This document shows, piece after piece, positions 47,756 to 58,524 of a DNA stretch of 64,000 nucleotides (position 1 is the stretch's first letter; each line of letters opens with the position of its first letter). Source of the stretch: Pseudothermotoga sp. (GTDB taxonomy: Bacteria > Thermotogota > Thermotogae > Thermotogales > DSM-5069). Where the stretch lies: NCBI GenBank assembly GCA_031962025.1, contig JAVRKW010000002.1; one strand, written 5' to 3'. The notes below the pieces were generated by a model. It was not told the origin of the DNA and made no database searches. It saw nothing but the letters and a program-made list of their open reading frames with translations. The position numbers and the translations under genes were made by a program.

Positions 47756-49537
47756 CTATCTTTCTAACACGTTTTTCACGGTCGAATTGCACACGCCACA
47801 GCCATGGCATCTGTCCCATCGGCAATCTGAAGTTGTAATGCCTTTCAAAGCTTTTTCATATTCTTCTATCAGAAACTTTTTACTCACTCCAACATCGATG
47901 TGATCCCAGGGAAAGTCTTGATCGATACTCTTTTGGCTCAGATAAGAATGTAGATCGATCTGGCATTTTTCGATGGCATTCTGCCATAGACTGAAGTTGA
48001 AAATATTTTCCCATTCATCAAACAGTGAACCATCTGTGAACGCGTTCAAAACAACATCGAAGACCTTTCTATCGCCTCTGGATAGCAAGCCTTCTATCAG
48101 GCTCATGTGCGGGTTGTGAAAATCGATGCTGGCAATGTCTTTTGCCTGCAAAATGATTTTCTGTGCATGGTTTACATAATCGATCGATCTTTGCTCGGCA
48201 AACTGGAAAGGTGTGTGTGGTTTTGGTATGAAATTTGCCACAGAAAGAACGATCTTTTTGAATCCAATTTTGCGAGCGATTTTAGCCATTTGCACAATGC
48301 CGTAAAGGTCTTCATCTTTCTCTGTTGGCAAACCGATCATGAAATAGAGCTTCACCCTGTTCCAACCAGCTTTCTTTGCCGCTTCAAGGGTGCTTATGTA
48401 ATCTTCTTCGGTCACATTTTTGTTTATCACATTTCTGAGCCTTTGAGTACCAGCCTCCGGCGCAAATGTCAAACCTGTTCTCCGTACAGCGCTCACCGCT
48501 TGTGCGATGGACAGACCGAATCTATCAAGGCGTGTAGAAGGTATGGATATGGACACAGCCAGGTTTTTAAGCTTTTCTCTGAGAGTTTCTAAAACTGTAT
48601 TTATGGTGCTGTGATCTGCGGTAGACAGTGACAAAAGAGCGAGTTCTTCGTAACCTGTGCATAAAAGCGATGAGATTGATTCATCGATGATATTTTTACT
48701 GTACTTTTCTCTGACAGGTCTGTATATGATTCCTGCCTGGCAAAATCTGCATCCTCTGGTGCAGCCGCGCATGACTTCCACCACGACTCTATCGTGAACG
48801 GGTTGTGTATTTGGTATTATTCTCTGATCTGAGAGTTTAGCTTCGTTGAGATCTTTGAATATCCTTCGGTTTATCTTTTTCGGTGCCCAGTCAAAAAGCG
48901 GTCTTGGTGGTATGGTCGGTTGATAAAACATCGGCACATAAACTCCGTCTATTTGAGAAAGTACCTTGAGCCTTTCTTCTCTTTTCATTCCTTTTGTCTG
49001 GATCAAGCTTTGAGCTATTTGCAGAGCCACATCTTCCCCATCTCCCACGACAAACGCATCGAAAACTCTTGCAAGGACCTCGGGATTTGTTGTACATGGC
49101 CCACCGGCGATGATTATTGGATCACTTTCTGTACGCAGATCCGAATAAAGCGGTATTTTGGCAAGATCGAGTACGCAGAGTACATTTGTGTATGAAAGTT
49201 CGTACTGAAGAGATATACCTATCAAATCGAGTTTTCTCAACGGAGTCTTCGATTCCAGTGTGAACAATTCGATGTCTTTTTGCTTCATCAGATTTATCAT
49301 GTCTTTCCACGGCAAAAAAGCTCTCTCAGCCCATACCTCTGGCAGGTTGTTCAGCACATTGTAGATGATCAACAGTCCAAGATTTGACATTCCGATTTCG
49401 TAAAGGTCTGGGAAGACCAGTCCCACTCTGAGTTTTACTTCAGACGGGTTTTTCATTATCTGATTGTATTCCATACCGATGTACCTGGAAGGTTTTTCGA
49501 CTTTTTCAAGGTTTTCATTTATTAAACGCAGGATCAT
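47756..49537 (-). CDS. TIGR03960-type radical SAM protein
   Basis: VEKPSRYIG, PDLYEIGMS, RGCTRGCRFC and C-terminal CHGCGVC. Confidence 0.88.
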   Translation of the reverse strand: MILRLINENLEKVEKPSRYIGMEYNQIMKNPSEVKLRVGLVFPDLYEIGMSNLGLLIIYNVLNNLPEVWAERAFLPWKDMINLMKQKDIELFTLESKTPLRKLDLIGISLQYELSYTNVLCVLDLAKIPLYSDLRTESDPIIIAGGPCTTNPEVLARVFDAFVVGDGEDVALQIAQSLIQTKGMKREERLKVLSQIDGVYVPMFYQPTIPPRPLFDWAPKKINRRIFKDLNEAKLSDQRIIPNTQPVHDRVVVEVMRGCTRGCRFCQAGIIYRPVREKYSKNIIDESISSLLCTGYEELALLSLSTADHSTINTVLETLREKLKNLAVSISIPSTRLDRFGLSIAQAVSAVRRTGLTFAPEAGTQRLRNVINKNVTEEDYISTLEAAKKAGWNRVKLYFMIGLPTEKDEDLYGIVQMAKIARKIGFKKIVLSVANFIPKPHTPFQFAEQRSIDYVNHAQKIILQAKDIASIDFHNPHMSLIEGLLSRGDRKVFDVVLNAFTDGSLFDEWENIFNFSLWQNAIEKCQIDLHSYLSQKSIDQDFPWDHIDVGVSKKFLIEEYEKALKGITTSDCRWDRCHGCGVCNSTVKNVLER

Positions 49538-51192
49538 TTTTTTGTCTCCCCCATGAGAAATTCAAAGATTTTTCTTGCCATCGGTGCGGCAGCTTCTCCT
49601 CCTCCGCCTGCATTCTCGAGCATAACTAAGACTATGAATTTTGGAGAATTCACCGGCGAGAATGCAACAAACCACGAATGTGATCTTTCACCCTTTTTAC
49701 CGGTTTCAGCAGTTCCCGTCTTGCCAGCCACATCGATGTTAAAGCCTTTGAATGCCTGATATGCTGTTCCCTCGTCGGCTGGATTACCGTTTGACTTTAC
49801 AACCTCTCTGAGAGAGTCTTTCAGAAAATCGATTGTACTTTGCTTGAGTGGGATTTTGTAAGATAATCCTTTTTCGAATTCGTAGATTTTCTTACCTTGC
49901 TGGTTTTTGACGTGATCAAGCACATGAGGACGATAGCAGGAAGCATCGTTAGCTATCGTGTTGAAAAAATTGAGGACCTCAATGGGCGTGAGATTGATAA
50001 AACTCTGTCCTATTCCGCACAGTATCGTATCACCCGGATACCAGGGCTCTTTGTAGGTGTTGTATTTCCAGTTTGGATCCGGGTACAACCCTCTGCGCTC
50101 AGCCGGTAAATCTATTCCGGTGAGTTGATCGATCATGAAAAGATTTGCGTACTGTTTCATTCTTTCAATACCAAGCTCCAAGGCTAAATTGTAGAAAAAC
50201 ACATTGCACGAGACTCTGATAGCCTTTTTCAGATCGGTCACGCCGTGTCCAGATATATACCAATCTCTATACAAACCCAGAGATCTTCCAGAACTTCCGA
50301 TGTACTCATAGTATCCTTTGCAATCGACGGTTTTGCCAAGATCTGGATTATTTTCCAAATATGCAATGGCATAGAGCGGTTTTATGATAGATCCAGGTGG
50401 ATAGGTCGCACTGATTGCCCTGTTCAAAAGAGGGCTTTTGGGATCATTTGAGATCTGTATCCATTGTCTTTGATCGATATTCAGAAGCATGTTTGGATCA
50501 AAACTTGGAAAAGAAGCCATTGCGAGAATTGAACCATCTTTTGCTGACTGGACAATGACAGCACCGGCGTGGTTGAAACTGCTCAAAAGTCTCTGGACAT
50601 ACTCTTGAAGCTTTGAATCTATCGTCAATACAACGTCATTTCCTGCAAGTGGTACTGCCTGTAAAAATCTTCCAGTGACTCCACCCGATACCGATACGCT
50701 CACCAGCTCGTAACCATCCTGACCTTTCAGGTACGAATCGTACTGCTTTTCTACTCCAGATACTCCATATCTATCGGCACTGATATAGCCAACAACATGA
50801 GGTGCCAGGTTACTGTAACGCCTCACATATTTTCTGAAGACTAAGACGCCTGCTTTTTCGAGTTTCATTGCCTCAGCCTCAGTTACCTGTATCTCTTCAC
50901 CGAGTATCAATTTCAACTTTCTTTCCTGTCCCAGTATTTCGCCAACTTTCTCAACATCTAAGGAACCAGTTGATCTTGCAACCAAGATCTCTTCGTCCCA
51001 TGCGAGTAATACACCGTCCCTGGTCAGTATTTTTCCCCTCGGAGCATCGATTTTTCTCACATAAACTTTAAGTGACTCTATGTATTCAAGATGGGATTTA
51101 TGTTGAATGACTTGAAGTACAAAGGCTCTGATCAGTAAAACAACGAATGGAACAGTCATCATCAGATAAATCACTGCTTTAAGCCTTTTCAA
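49534..51192 (-). CDS. Class B penicillin-binding protein (PBP2/MrdA-like)
   Basis: SIIK (SxxK), SCN and KTG motifs; N-terminal TM and dimerisation domain. Confidence 0.9.
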   Translation of the reverse strand: MKRLKAVIYLMMTVPFVVLLIRAFVLQVIQHKSHLEYIESLKVYVRKIDAPRGKILTRDGVLLAWDEEILVARSTGSLDVEKVGEILGQERKLKLILGEEIQVTEAEAMKLEKAGVLVFRKYVRRYSNLAPHVVGYISADRYGVSGVEKQYDSYLKGQDGYELVSVSVSGGVTGRFLQAVPLAGNDVVLTIDSKLQEYVQRLLSSFNHAGAVIVQSAKDGSILAMASFPSFDPNMLLNIDQRQWIQISNDPKSPLLNRAISATYPPGSIIKPLYAIAYLENNPDLGKTVDCKGYYEYIGSSGRSLGLYRDWYISGHGVTDLKKAIRVSCNVFFYNLALELGIERMKQYANLFMIDQLTGIDLPAERRGLYPDPNWKYNTYKEPWYPGDTILCGIGQSFINLTPIEVLNFFNTIANDASCYRPHVLDHVKNQQGKKIYEFEKGLSYKIPLKQSTIDFLKDSLREVVKSNGNPADEGTAYQAFKGFNIDVAGKTGTAETGKKGERSHSWFVAFSPVNSPKFIVLVMLENAGGGGEAAAPMARKIFEFLMGETKK

Positions 51193-51592
51193 GGTTAATC
51201 CTCCAGATTGACATGGACAGTATACTCAGTATTATCGTCATGATCAAGGACGAGCCTTCAAAAAATAAAAGCACAGTAACAGCTATATTGTAGAGCAAAA
51301 ATGGAATGAATGGTTTGAGAAAGTATTCCCTTGTCGTGATAAAAAAAACGTAAGTTGCAAATATCATTAAATGAAAAAAATTCTGGCTCTGGAAACACAG
51401 TGCCGAGTGAATTGTTAAGATCACCATAACTCTCACAATACTCACAATCGATGAGAATATGAGGTACTCAACGGCAAGATAGGGTATGAGTAAGGTGAAC
51501 AGATCAAAATAGGCACTGTCAACGGCTAAGACAAGAACTCCAAAAACATATATTCCAAGTTTTCGCCAGTAAATGCCGTTCACTTGCTTCAC
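51179..51592 (-). CDS. Small multi-TM protein, possibly divergent MreD-like
   Basis: About 5 TMs, directly upstream of and overlapping PBP2; no diagnostic motif. Confidence 0.5.
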   Translation of the reverse strand: MKQVNGIYWRKLGIYVFGVLVLAVDSAYFDLFTLLIPYLAVEYLIFSSIVSIVRVMVILTIHSALCFQSQNFFHLMIFATYVFFITTREYFLKPFIPFLLYNIAVTVLLFFEGSSLIMTIILSILSMSIWRINLEKA

Positions 51593-51608
51593 CTGCTTAC
51601 ATTATATT

Positions 51609-52580
51609 TTAGTATTCCTGCTCGGGATCAACGGGGTTGATTATTTCACCCGTTCTTAAGAACGTCTCCAATATGTTAAACGTCTCGTTCATGAGTCCAT
51701 CGCTTCCCTGTTGAGTGTAACCACCGACATGAGGTGATAGAACGACATTTTTAAGCGTGTTGAATGGATATCTGCTGGGCAGTGTGACTTCGTCGGTGTT
51801 TCTGGGATACAGATACCAGGTGTCTATGGCTGCTCCTGAAAGGATCCCATCTCTGAGGCTCTGGAAAAGTGCTTTTTCATCAATTATCTCGCCTCTTGAT
51901 ACGTTTATCAGGTATTTTCCTTTCATTTTGTGAAGCCTTTCGGCATCGAATAAGTTTCTGGTTTGTTTTGTCAGCGGAAGGGTTATGAAAATCACATCAC
52001 TAACTTCAACTGCCCAATCCAGATCTGATGTTATATTCGAATGCTCTTTTGGAGCGGATTTTCTGACTCCTATGATCTGACAGCCAAAAGGTTGCAACAA
52101 CTTGGAAAGTTCCTCGCCTATATGCCCCATGCCCACGATACAAACCGTTTTGTTTCTGAGTGAACACCAGTGATCTTCTTCAACAGAACCAACTGAATAA
52201 CCATGCCAGACACCGTATCTGAGATCTCTATCGAATTCGACAACCCTTCCAAGAAGTGCCAGCGCCAGAGCCAGTGCCCTTTCGGCAACGGCAGGCGCAT
52301 TGGCATGACAGTTGCTAACCATTACTTTCTTTTTCCTGATTGCTTCCCAGTCGAGTGCATTCACACCAGCCATCGGCACGATTATCAATTTGAGTCTTGA
52401 AGACTCGATTTCTTCCTTGGAAAGCCTTGCAGAAACAACAACATCGGCGTCTTTTATGAGCAAGCGAGGCGATGGATTTGAAAAATATCCCTCAAAATGA
52501 ACATTCCGATGAAGGTCTTTGAGTTCTTTTATCTTAGCCAGCCATTTATCGTTGATTCTGTTCAGAAAAAGCACCAGCAT
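51609..52580 (-). CDS. D-isomer-specific 2-hydroxyacid dehydrogenase
   Basis: GMGHIG, LPLT, NVSRG and SPHVGG motifs. Confidence 0.9.
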   Translation of the reverse strand: MLVLFLNRINDKWLAKIKELKDLHRNVHFEGYFSNPSPRLLIKDADVVVSARLSKEEIESSRLKLIIVPMAGVNALDWEAIRKKKVMVSNCHANAPAVAERALALALALLGRVVEFDRDLRYGVWHGYSVGSVEEDHWCSLRNKTVCIVGMGHIGEELSKLLQPFGCQIIGVRKSAPKEHSNITSDLDWAVEVSDVIFITLPLTKQTRNLFDAERLHKMKGKYLINVSRGEIIDEKALFQSLRDGILSGAAIDTWYLYPRNTDEVTLPSRYPFNTLKNVVLSPHVGGYTQQGSDGLMNETFNILETFLRTGEIINPVDPEQEY

Positions 52581-52591
52581 TTGACCACTCC

Positions 52592-53437
52592 TCAGTAAAG
52601 ATGCAGAACCATCTCAAGTTGTGTCAGGACCGTTTGAAAACCAATTTTGATCGCAGCGCTGTACAAAGGATCGTCCTCAGGCACATTAGCAATTGAACAG
52701 ATGTTTTTGTTTTCAACATCACAAACATAGCTGACAGCTTCGCTGAGCAGTGGAACATACGATTCTCTGTTCTTTACAGGTGCACAGTCAACTATGAAGG
52801 CGTTCTTCTCGGTCGAACCCCAGACAACATATCCCTGGTCCTTTAGCAGGTTTGTTCTTGCCATCTTGTACCTGCTGCTTGCCAGTAAAAGAGTGGCTGG
52901 TTCGCGTTGCCAGTTGAGATGTCTTGAAAGATTTATCATGGCTTCTACAGAAGCTTGATGAATCCATCTTGGATCGACTTTGAAGAAAGACACTTTTCTC
53001 ACGGGTTCAGGATTTTCCTTTACCATCGTGAACAGTTTTCTTGTGGTTCTAAAGCCGTTTTTTTCATAGAATCTGATTGCCCTTGCCTCGGTCTCCAGAA
53101 CCTCCAATACGACTGTCTCAGCCTTTCTCCATCTGAGTGCTTCAAGGGCGTGCTCCAGAATTCTGTATGCAAGCCCGCTTCCCCTTTCTTCTTTCACAAC
53201 TCCCATGGAATCAATTCTTCCTCTGTTTTTTCTCAGACAGCACACGACAAACCCAACAGGTCTATCGTTTTTGAGAAACACGAAGGAATCGGTGAAAGAA
53301 ATGGAATTTTCTCGAGCATCAAGGTTGAAGCTCAGAATATCCCAGTTAATTGGCACCGGATAATCGCTGAAAATTTCATTGACAAGATCGAGAAACCTTA
53401 CAACAGGAAACTCCGCCAACAACTTGACGGATTCCAT
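52592..53437 (-). CDS. GNAT family acetyltransferase (tandem GNAT-like)
   Basis: MGVVKEERGSGLA motif A and AIRFYEKNGF. Confidence 0.85.
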   Translation of the reverse strand: MESVKLLAEFPVVRFLDLVNEIFSDYPVPINWDILSFNLDARENSISFTDSFVFLKNDRPVGFVVCCLRKNRGRIDSMGVVKEERGSGLAYRILEHALEALRWRKAETVVLEVLETEARAIRFYEKNGFRTTRKLFTMVKENPEPVRKVSFFKVDPRWIHQASVEAMINLSRHLNWQREPATLLLASSRYKMARTNLLKDQGYVVWGSTEKNAFIVDCAPVKNRESYVPLLSEAVSYVCDVENKNICSIANVPEDDPLYSAAIKIGFQTVLTQLEMVLHLY

Positions 53438-53452
53438 CCGACCACCACCTTA

Positions 53453-53863
53453 TCAGATAGAGATATTAAGATGGTTATCTTTGTCCTGCTTTGGTGTGTT
53501 TGCGACAGATTTCATAGCTATTCTCCAGGCATCTAACAATTCCTCAAAATAACCCAGAACTTCGTCTATTTTTTGCATCTCTTTTTTCACAGATGCTTCT
53601 ATCAGTGTTCTGTACATATAACTGTACAACGATCTCAACCCCTTGGCTATTTCTCCGCCTCTTTCAATATCAAGTGAGATGTTCAATTCAGTGACTATGT
53701 CCTGAACCCTTTTGATTTTCTCGTTTGTGGTGATAAAATCGTTTTTACTCAAAGCCTCTTTGGCATTTTTGAGAAGCTCTATGGCTTTTTCATACATCAT
53801 CTCGATCAGTTTTGCCGGGCTGGCGGTTTTCACTGCATTTTCTATGTAGTAATCTTTCATCAT
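53453..53863 (-). CDS. fliS: Flagellin export chaperone FliS
   Basis: VKTASPAKLIEMMYE, EL..SLD..GGEIA..L.SLY.YM and LLDAW motifs. Confidence 0.92.
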   Translation of the reverse strand: MMKDYYIENAVKTASPAKLIEMMYEKAIELLKNAKEALSKNDFITTNEKIKRVQDIVTELNISLDIERGGEIAKGLRSLYSYMYRTLIEASVKKEMQKIDEVLGYFEELLDAWRIAMKSVANTPKQDKDNHLNISI

Positions 53864-54441
53864 TGTGAGTGCACCTCCCTGATTTTGGAAAGAACAACTT
53901 CAAAGAATTCCTGATAGAACTTCAAAACTATCGCAAGATCGTTTTCGACGGAGTTCGCTATTTCTGAAATGTCCTGCTTTTCCAGGGTGGCGAGAAATTT
54001 TTTCAATCTGAGCAGTATACCTGATGTGTCGATATCGGGTATTTCTATTATTCTGTAAACGCTCTGTCTGAGATTGTCCAAAGCCGAGATACTCTCCGAT
54101 ATGCTCTCTATGTCTTTGAAAGATTTTGGTTGGCCGGATCTGAGTGAGCGAGCGACGGATGGTAACAGTCCTGTGGCGGTTTTTATGTATTCGAGTATGC
54201 CCGGTAGAATTTCACTCAGGTATTCAATCGGTGTGGAAAATTCCATGATGATCTCTGTGTTTTCTTCGAGCAGAGAATCTCTCAATTCGGAAACCTTCTG
54301 GGTCGGAATTTGAACTTTATCGATTATCAAGGACTTCAGCACCTTATCCTTTGGAGATACTTCATCGTACAGTTTGCCAAAGGTCACAAAATCTTTTGCC
54401 TGAAAACTCATCTGCTTTCCGTTCAATATGACTGTAACCAT
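53860..54441 (-). CDS. Hypothetical protein coupled to fliS
   Basis: 193-aa ORF tightly packed between the NUDIX gene and fliS (4-nt overlap). Confidence 0.7.
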   Translation of the reverse strand: MVTVILNGKQMSFQAKDFVTFGKLYDEVSPKDKVLKSLIIDKVQIPTQKVSELRDSLLEENTEIIMEFSTPIEYLSEILPGILEYIKTATGLLPSVARSLRSGQPKSFKDIESISESISALDNLRQSVYRIIEIPDIDTSGILLRLKKFLATLEKQDISEIANSVENDLAIVLKFYQEFFEVVLSKIREVHSQ

Positions 54442-54981
54442 TCAGATCACTCCTTTTTCTTTTGCCAGAAAGACTAAGGACAGAGTCTTTGCATCGACGA
54501 TTTTTCCACTCAAGCACATATTCAAAACCTCGTCTGGTCTGAATATTTCTACCTTGAGCAACTCGTCCTGATCTAGATTCTGCTCGGTCTTTACGAGATT
54601 TTCAGCCACGTACAGGTGAATTTTTTCATTGGAAAAACCGGGTGTTGTGAAAATGTATCCCATATATTCAAGTTTTTGAGCCCTGTATCCTGTTTCTTCC
54701 TCAAGTTCTCTTAAAGCACATGCCTCTGGCAATTCGTTCTCATCGAGCTTGCCAGCGGGAACCTCAATAAGCTCTGCACCGACAGGGTACCTGAACTGCT
54801 TCACCAGAACAACGTTGCCATCTGCCAGGACTGGCAGCACAGCAACAGCACCTGGATGCATGACTACTTCACGTGTCGATCTGTACCCATTTTGTAAAAG
54901 AACCTCGTCAACTTTGACTGTCAAAATCCTGCCTTTGAAAATCTGCTGGCTCTTTAATACCTTTTCGGACAAAATTCTCAC
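54442..54981 (-). CDS. NUDIX hydrolase (ADP-ribose pyrophosphatase, NudF-like)
   Basis: PAGKLD...ALRELEEETG Nudix box, QFRYP and TPGF. Confidence 0.9.
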   Translation of the reverse strand: MRILSEKVLKSQQIFKGRILTVKVDEVLLQNGYRSTREVVMHPGAVAVLPVLADGNVVLVKQFRYPVGAELIEVPAGKLDENELPEACALRELEEETGYRAQKLEYMGYIFTTPGFSNEKIHLYVAENLVKTEQNLDQDELLKVEIFRPDEVLNMCLSGKIVDAKTLSLVFLAKEKGVI

Positions 54982-57900
54982 TCCTTGACAGCTATATTTT
55001 CTATCTCAACAGGTACGATATTTGACACACCGTCGATCATCGTGACTCCGTGCAATAGATCGGCAGATTCCATAACGACTTTGTTATGCGTTATTACTAT
55101 GAACTGAGCCTTTTTCGAGCCGTCTTCCAGCAATCTTTTGAACCTTTCTGCGTTGAATTCATCCAAAGGAGCATCGATTTCGTCAAGAACATAAAACGGA
55201 CTTGGTTTGACTTCGAGCAGTGCAAAGAGCAAAGCTATGCCGACAAGTGCCTTTTCTCCTCCAGAAAGTAACTGTAGCTTTTGGATTCTCCTTGAAGGCT
55301 TTTTGACACAGATCTCTATACCCGCTTCGAGAATATCTTTACCCGGCTCGATTTTTATTTCTCCTTCACCGCCTGCAAAGAGCAGTGAGATGAAGTAGTT
55401 GAATTTCGTGTTTACCTGTTCGTACACATCAAGCAGTCTGTTTCTCGCCTCTTCATCTGTTCGCCTGATCAGATCGTTTATTTTTTCTTTTGCTTCATTT
55501 AGATCATTTCTCTGAAGTACAAGATCGTTGTACTTATTTTCCACCTGGTTGTATTCATCTATTGCAAGTAAATCAACAGGACCGAGGTATTTTATCTTGT
55601 TCTGCAGGTCCTCCAGTTCGTTTTTCAGTGATTCCAGCTTCTCTTGATCGACTTCTTCTATTTGAAGGGCTGTTTGCTCTTCTATTTCAACAAGGATTTG
55701 CTCTATCCTGTTTTGAACTTCCTGAATAGACAGTTCAAGATGGTGCAGATATTCTCTTGATTTTTCACGTTCATCTTTGATCTGCTGCATCTTTTTTTCC
55801 AGTTCATCGAGCTGAGCCAGTTTTTGGTCTTTATCACTTCTCTGCATTCTCATCGTTTCAAAAAGATTTTCCGTTTCTTTCTTGACTGTTTCCAATTCCT
55901 GCTGGTTTTCAAGCAATATGTTTTTCAAGCGATCGATTTCTTTTTCGATTTCCTCTGACTGTGCTGAAAGCTGCATAGATTCCTCTTTTAGTTTTTGTTT
56001 CTGTTCTCTTAGTCTGGATAATTCAGACTCATAGTGTAATTTTCTCTCCATCAAATTGGTAACCTCGGCTTTCAGTTGCGAATATTGCGTCGAAATTTCT
56101 TCAAGCGTTTGTTTTTCGAAGGCTAACTGTTCATCAAAATTTCTCAGCTCGGATTCATAAGACGAAATTTTTCCAGAGAGCTCTTCGAGTTCTGAGAGGA
56201 TTTTTTCCCGTCTAATCTGCATTCCTTCTGACTTGATCGTGTAATTTTTTTTCAACTGTTCCAAGGAGTTGATCTCTTTGCTGAGCTCTTCAACTGTTTT
56301 GCTAAGCTCTTCAATCATTCTCTTTGTTGAACTACCTTCGGCAATAACACTGGTGAGCTCTCTTTCAGCGAGTCTTTCCTGATTTGACAGGGTCTGAATT
56401 TCCTGGTCGATCTGGGAAAGTTTTTGCTGGTGCAGTTTTTCGAGAGAAGATAGTTCCAGTCTTTGATTTGCAATTTCATTGAGTCTCAATTTTCTCTTTA
56501 CAAGTGAGTCTGTTCTTTCAACTTCAATTTCACCGCCTGTTATCGAACCGTGCTGTCCTATTATCTCACCATTCAAGGTTGCTATACGGCACCTGACTTT
56601 ATAGCGCTTTTTTATGTCAACAGCATCGTCGAGTGTCTTGACTATGATATCGTTGCCGAAAAGATAGCCTGGAAGAGCCATGAATTGCTGGCTTACTCGC
56701 ACGATCTGCGCCGCATATCCAATGAAACCCGCATGGCGCTCGATTTCTCTCATACCGCTGAAATGAGATTCTATCAGATCAAGCGGCAGAAAGGTAACAC
56801 GCCCGACTTTCTGAGTGTTCAACCACTCAATGACCTTCTTGGCTGTATTGGCATTATCGACCACTACATGCTGTACGGCACCGCCAAGGAGCACTTCTAT
56901 GGCTTTGGCGTACTCTGCCGGGAAGTTCACCAAGTTACCCACCACATCGTAAACACCATCCAATTCTCCTTGAGCTTTTTTTGCGAAAATAGCTCTAACA
57001 GATCTGGTGTAACCCTCGTAGGTTTGTATCCTGTATTTTATTTTTGATTCTTCCTCATCGAGATTTTTCATCACTCGCTTGATGTTGTCCAGCTGTTCCA
57101 AGGTCGACCTTTTTTCATTTGAAAGTTCTGAAAGCCTTTCTCTGATGGACTGTAACTCTTTTGCGAGTGAGGCTTCTCTGTCACCCGCTGTTTTCAATTT
57201 TTCCAGCAGAGCTGAGAGTTCCTCTTGAAGACCAGATAATCTTTTCATTTTGAGATCGAGCTGTGAGTCTACCATCGATATGCGTTTGGATAAATCCTCG
57301 AGTCCTTCCTCAATTCTGGAAAGTTCACTTTCCAGAGACAATTTTTCCTTATTTGCAAGATCGCTTTTTTCCTTCAACGCAAGCAGTTGCTTTTCTTTTT
57401 CTGAGTACCTTGAAACCAGTTCATTTCTCTTTTCTTCGACCTTCGTTAACTCATTCTCTTTGGCTCCAATTTCATCTATCAGCCCTTTAAAAATGAGGTT
57501 GAGTTCCTCACTTCTTTTGTCAATCGCCGCTATCTGTTCCTTGGCTGAATCAAGGCGGGTGGTCGTCTCAACGAATTTGGTTTCTCTTTCGTTCAGCCTT
57601 CTTGTGTACATTTCTCTGAGTTCCATCAGGGTGGTTTGACGCTTTTTGTAATCCTCCAACAGATTTGTGAAATTTTCGATCTCTCTGTCAACATTTGCAA
57701 ACTCCTGTTTCAGAGTAGACCAGTTTGTTTCTATGTTCAGCAGTTGTTTTTGAAGGTCTTTGATCTTTTCCATGGTCTGGCTATGCTGGTTTTGAAGGTG
57801 GTTTAATCTTTTCTTCTCTTTTTTGAATACGTTTCCATAGTACAGTTTCTTTACCTGTTGAAGTCTTGATGAATACTCCTGGTAACGTTCGGCTCTTTTG

Positions 57901-58505
57901 GCTTTCAAATACAGCGATTTTCTCTGCCTGTCGTATTCATAGATCAAATCCTGCACACGCGACAGATTGGCATTCACAACCTCAAGTCTTGCCATCGATT
58001 CTTTCTTTTTCTCACGGTATAAAGCTGTTTCTGCTGCTTCTTCGAGTAACAGCCTCAGCTCCTCGGCAGAAGCATTCACAATTCTTTCGATCTGTCCCTG
58101 ACCGGCTATGGAGTAGAATTCTTTACCAACACCTGTGCCGATGAATTTCTCGTGTATGTCTTTCAACCTGACGGTTTCACCGTTGAGCATGTACAAGTTC
58201 TTACCGTCATTTGTCAGCATTCGTGATACGATGATTTTTTCATTTTCATTTTCAAACACGATTTCGACATAAGCACTCGAAGCGGCGGGCATCGTACTTG
58301 ATCCTGCAAAGATCACGTCGTATTTTTCATCTGCTCTGAGCTGTTTCATTGATTGCTCACCAAAGACCCATCTTATTGCATCGACTATATTCGACTTTCC
58401 TCCGCCATTTGGACCAACGATAGCTGTAATTCTGTCTGCGAAGTACAGCTTGGTTGGTCTGGCAAAAGACTTAAAGCCGTGCAGGGTCATGCTTGCGAGC
58501 TTCAT
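54978..58505 (-). CDS. smc: Chromosome segregation protein SMC
   Basis: GFKSFA, GPNGGGKSN, coiled coils with hinge (GRVTFLPLD), LSGGEK and LDEIDAPLD; start ATG 58505. Confidence 0.96.
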   Translation of the reverse strand: MKLASMTLHGFKSFARPTKLYFADRITAIVGPNGGGKSNIVDAIRWVFGEQSMKQLRADEKYDVIFAGSSTMPAASSAYVEIVFENENEKIIVSRMLTNDGKNLYMLNGETVRLKDIHEKFIGTGVGKEFYSIAGQGQIERIVNASAEELRLLLEEAAETALYREKKKESMARLEVVNANLSRVQDLIYEYDRQRKSLYLKAKRAERYQEYSSRLQQVKKLYYGNVFKKEKKRLNHLQNQHSQTMEKIKDLQKQLLNIETNWSTLKQEFANVDREIENFTNLLEDYKKRQTTLMELREMYTRRLNERETKFVETTTRLDSAKEQIAAIDKRSEELNLIFKGLIDEIGAKENELTKVEEKRNELVSRYSEKEKQLLALKEKSDLANKEKLSLESELSRIEEGLEDLSKRISMVDSQLDLKMKRLSGLQEELSALLEKLKTAGDREASLAKELQSIRERLSELSNEKRSTLEQLDNIKRVMKNLDEEESKIKYRIQTYEGYTRSVRAIFAKKAQGELDGVYDVVGNLVNFPAEYAKAIEVLLGGAVQHVVVDNANTAKKVIEWLNTQKVGRVTFLPLDLIESHFSGMREIERHAGFIGYAAQIVRVSQQFMALPGYLFGNDIIVKTLDDAVDIKKRYKVRCRIATLNGEIIGQHGSITGGEIEVERTDSLVKRKLRLNEIANQRLELSSLEKLHQQKLSQIDQEIQTLSNQERLAERELTSVIAEGSSTKRMIEELSKTVEELSKEINSLEQLKKNYTIKSEGMQIRREKILSELEELSGKISSYESELRNFDEQLAFEKQTLEEISTQYSQLKAEVTNLMERKLHYESELSRLREQKQKLKEESMQLSAQSEEIEKEIDRLKNILLENQQELETVKKETENLFETMRMQRSDKDQKLAQLDELEKKMQQIKDEREKSREYLHHLELSIQEVQNRIEQILVEIEEQTALQIEEVDQEKLESLKNELEDLQNKIKYLGPVDLLAIDEYNQVENKYNDLVLQRNDLNEAKEKINDLIRRTDEEARNRLLDVYEQVNTKFNYFISLLFAGGEGEIKIEPGKDILEAGIEICVKKPSRRIQKLQLLSGGEKALVGIALLFALLEVKPSPFYVLDEIDAPLDEFNAERFKRLLEDGSKKAQFIVITHNKVVMESADLLHGVTMIDGVSNIVPVEIENIAVKE

Positions 58506-58524
58506 ACCCACCATCCCCCAGTTC

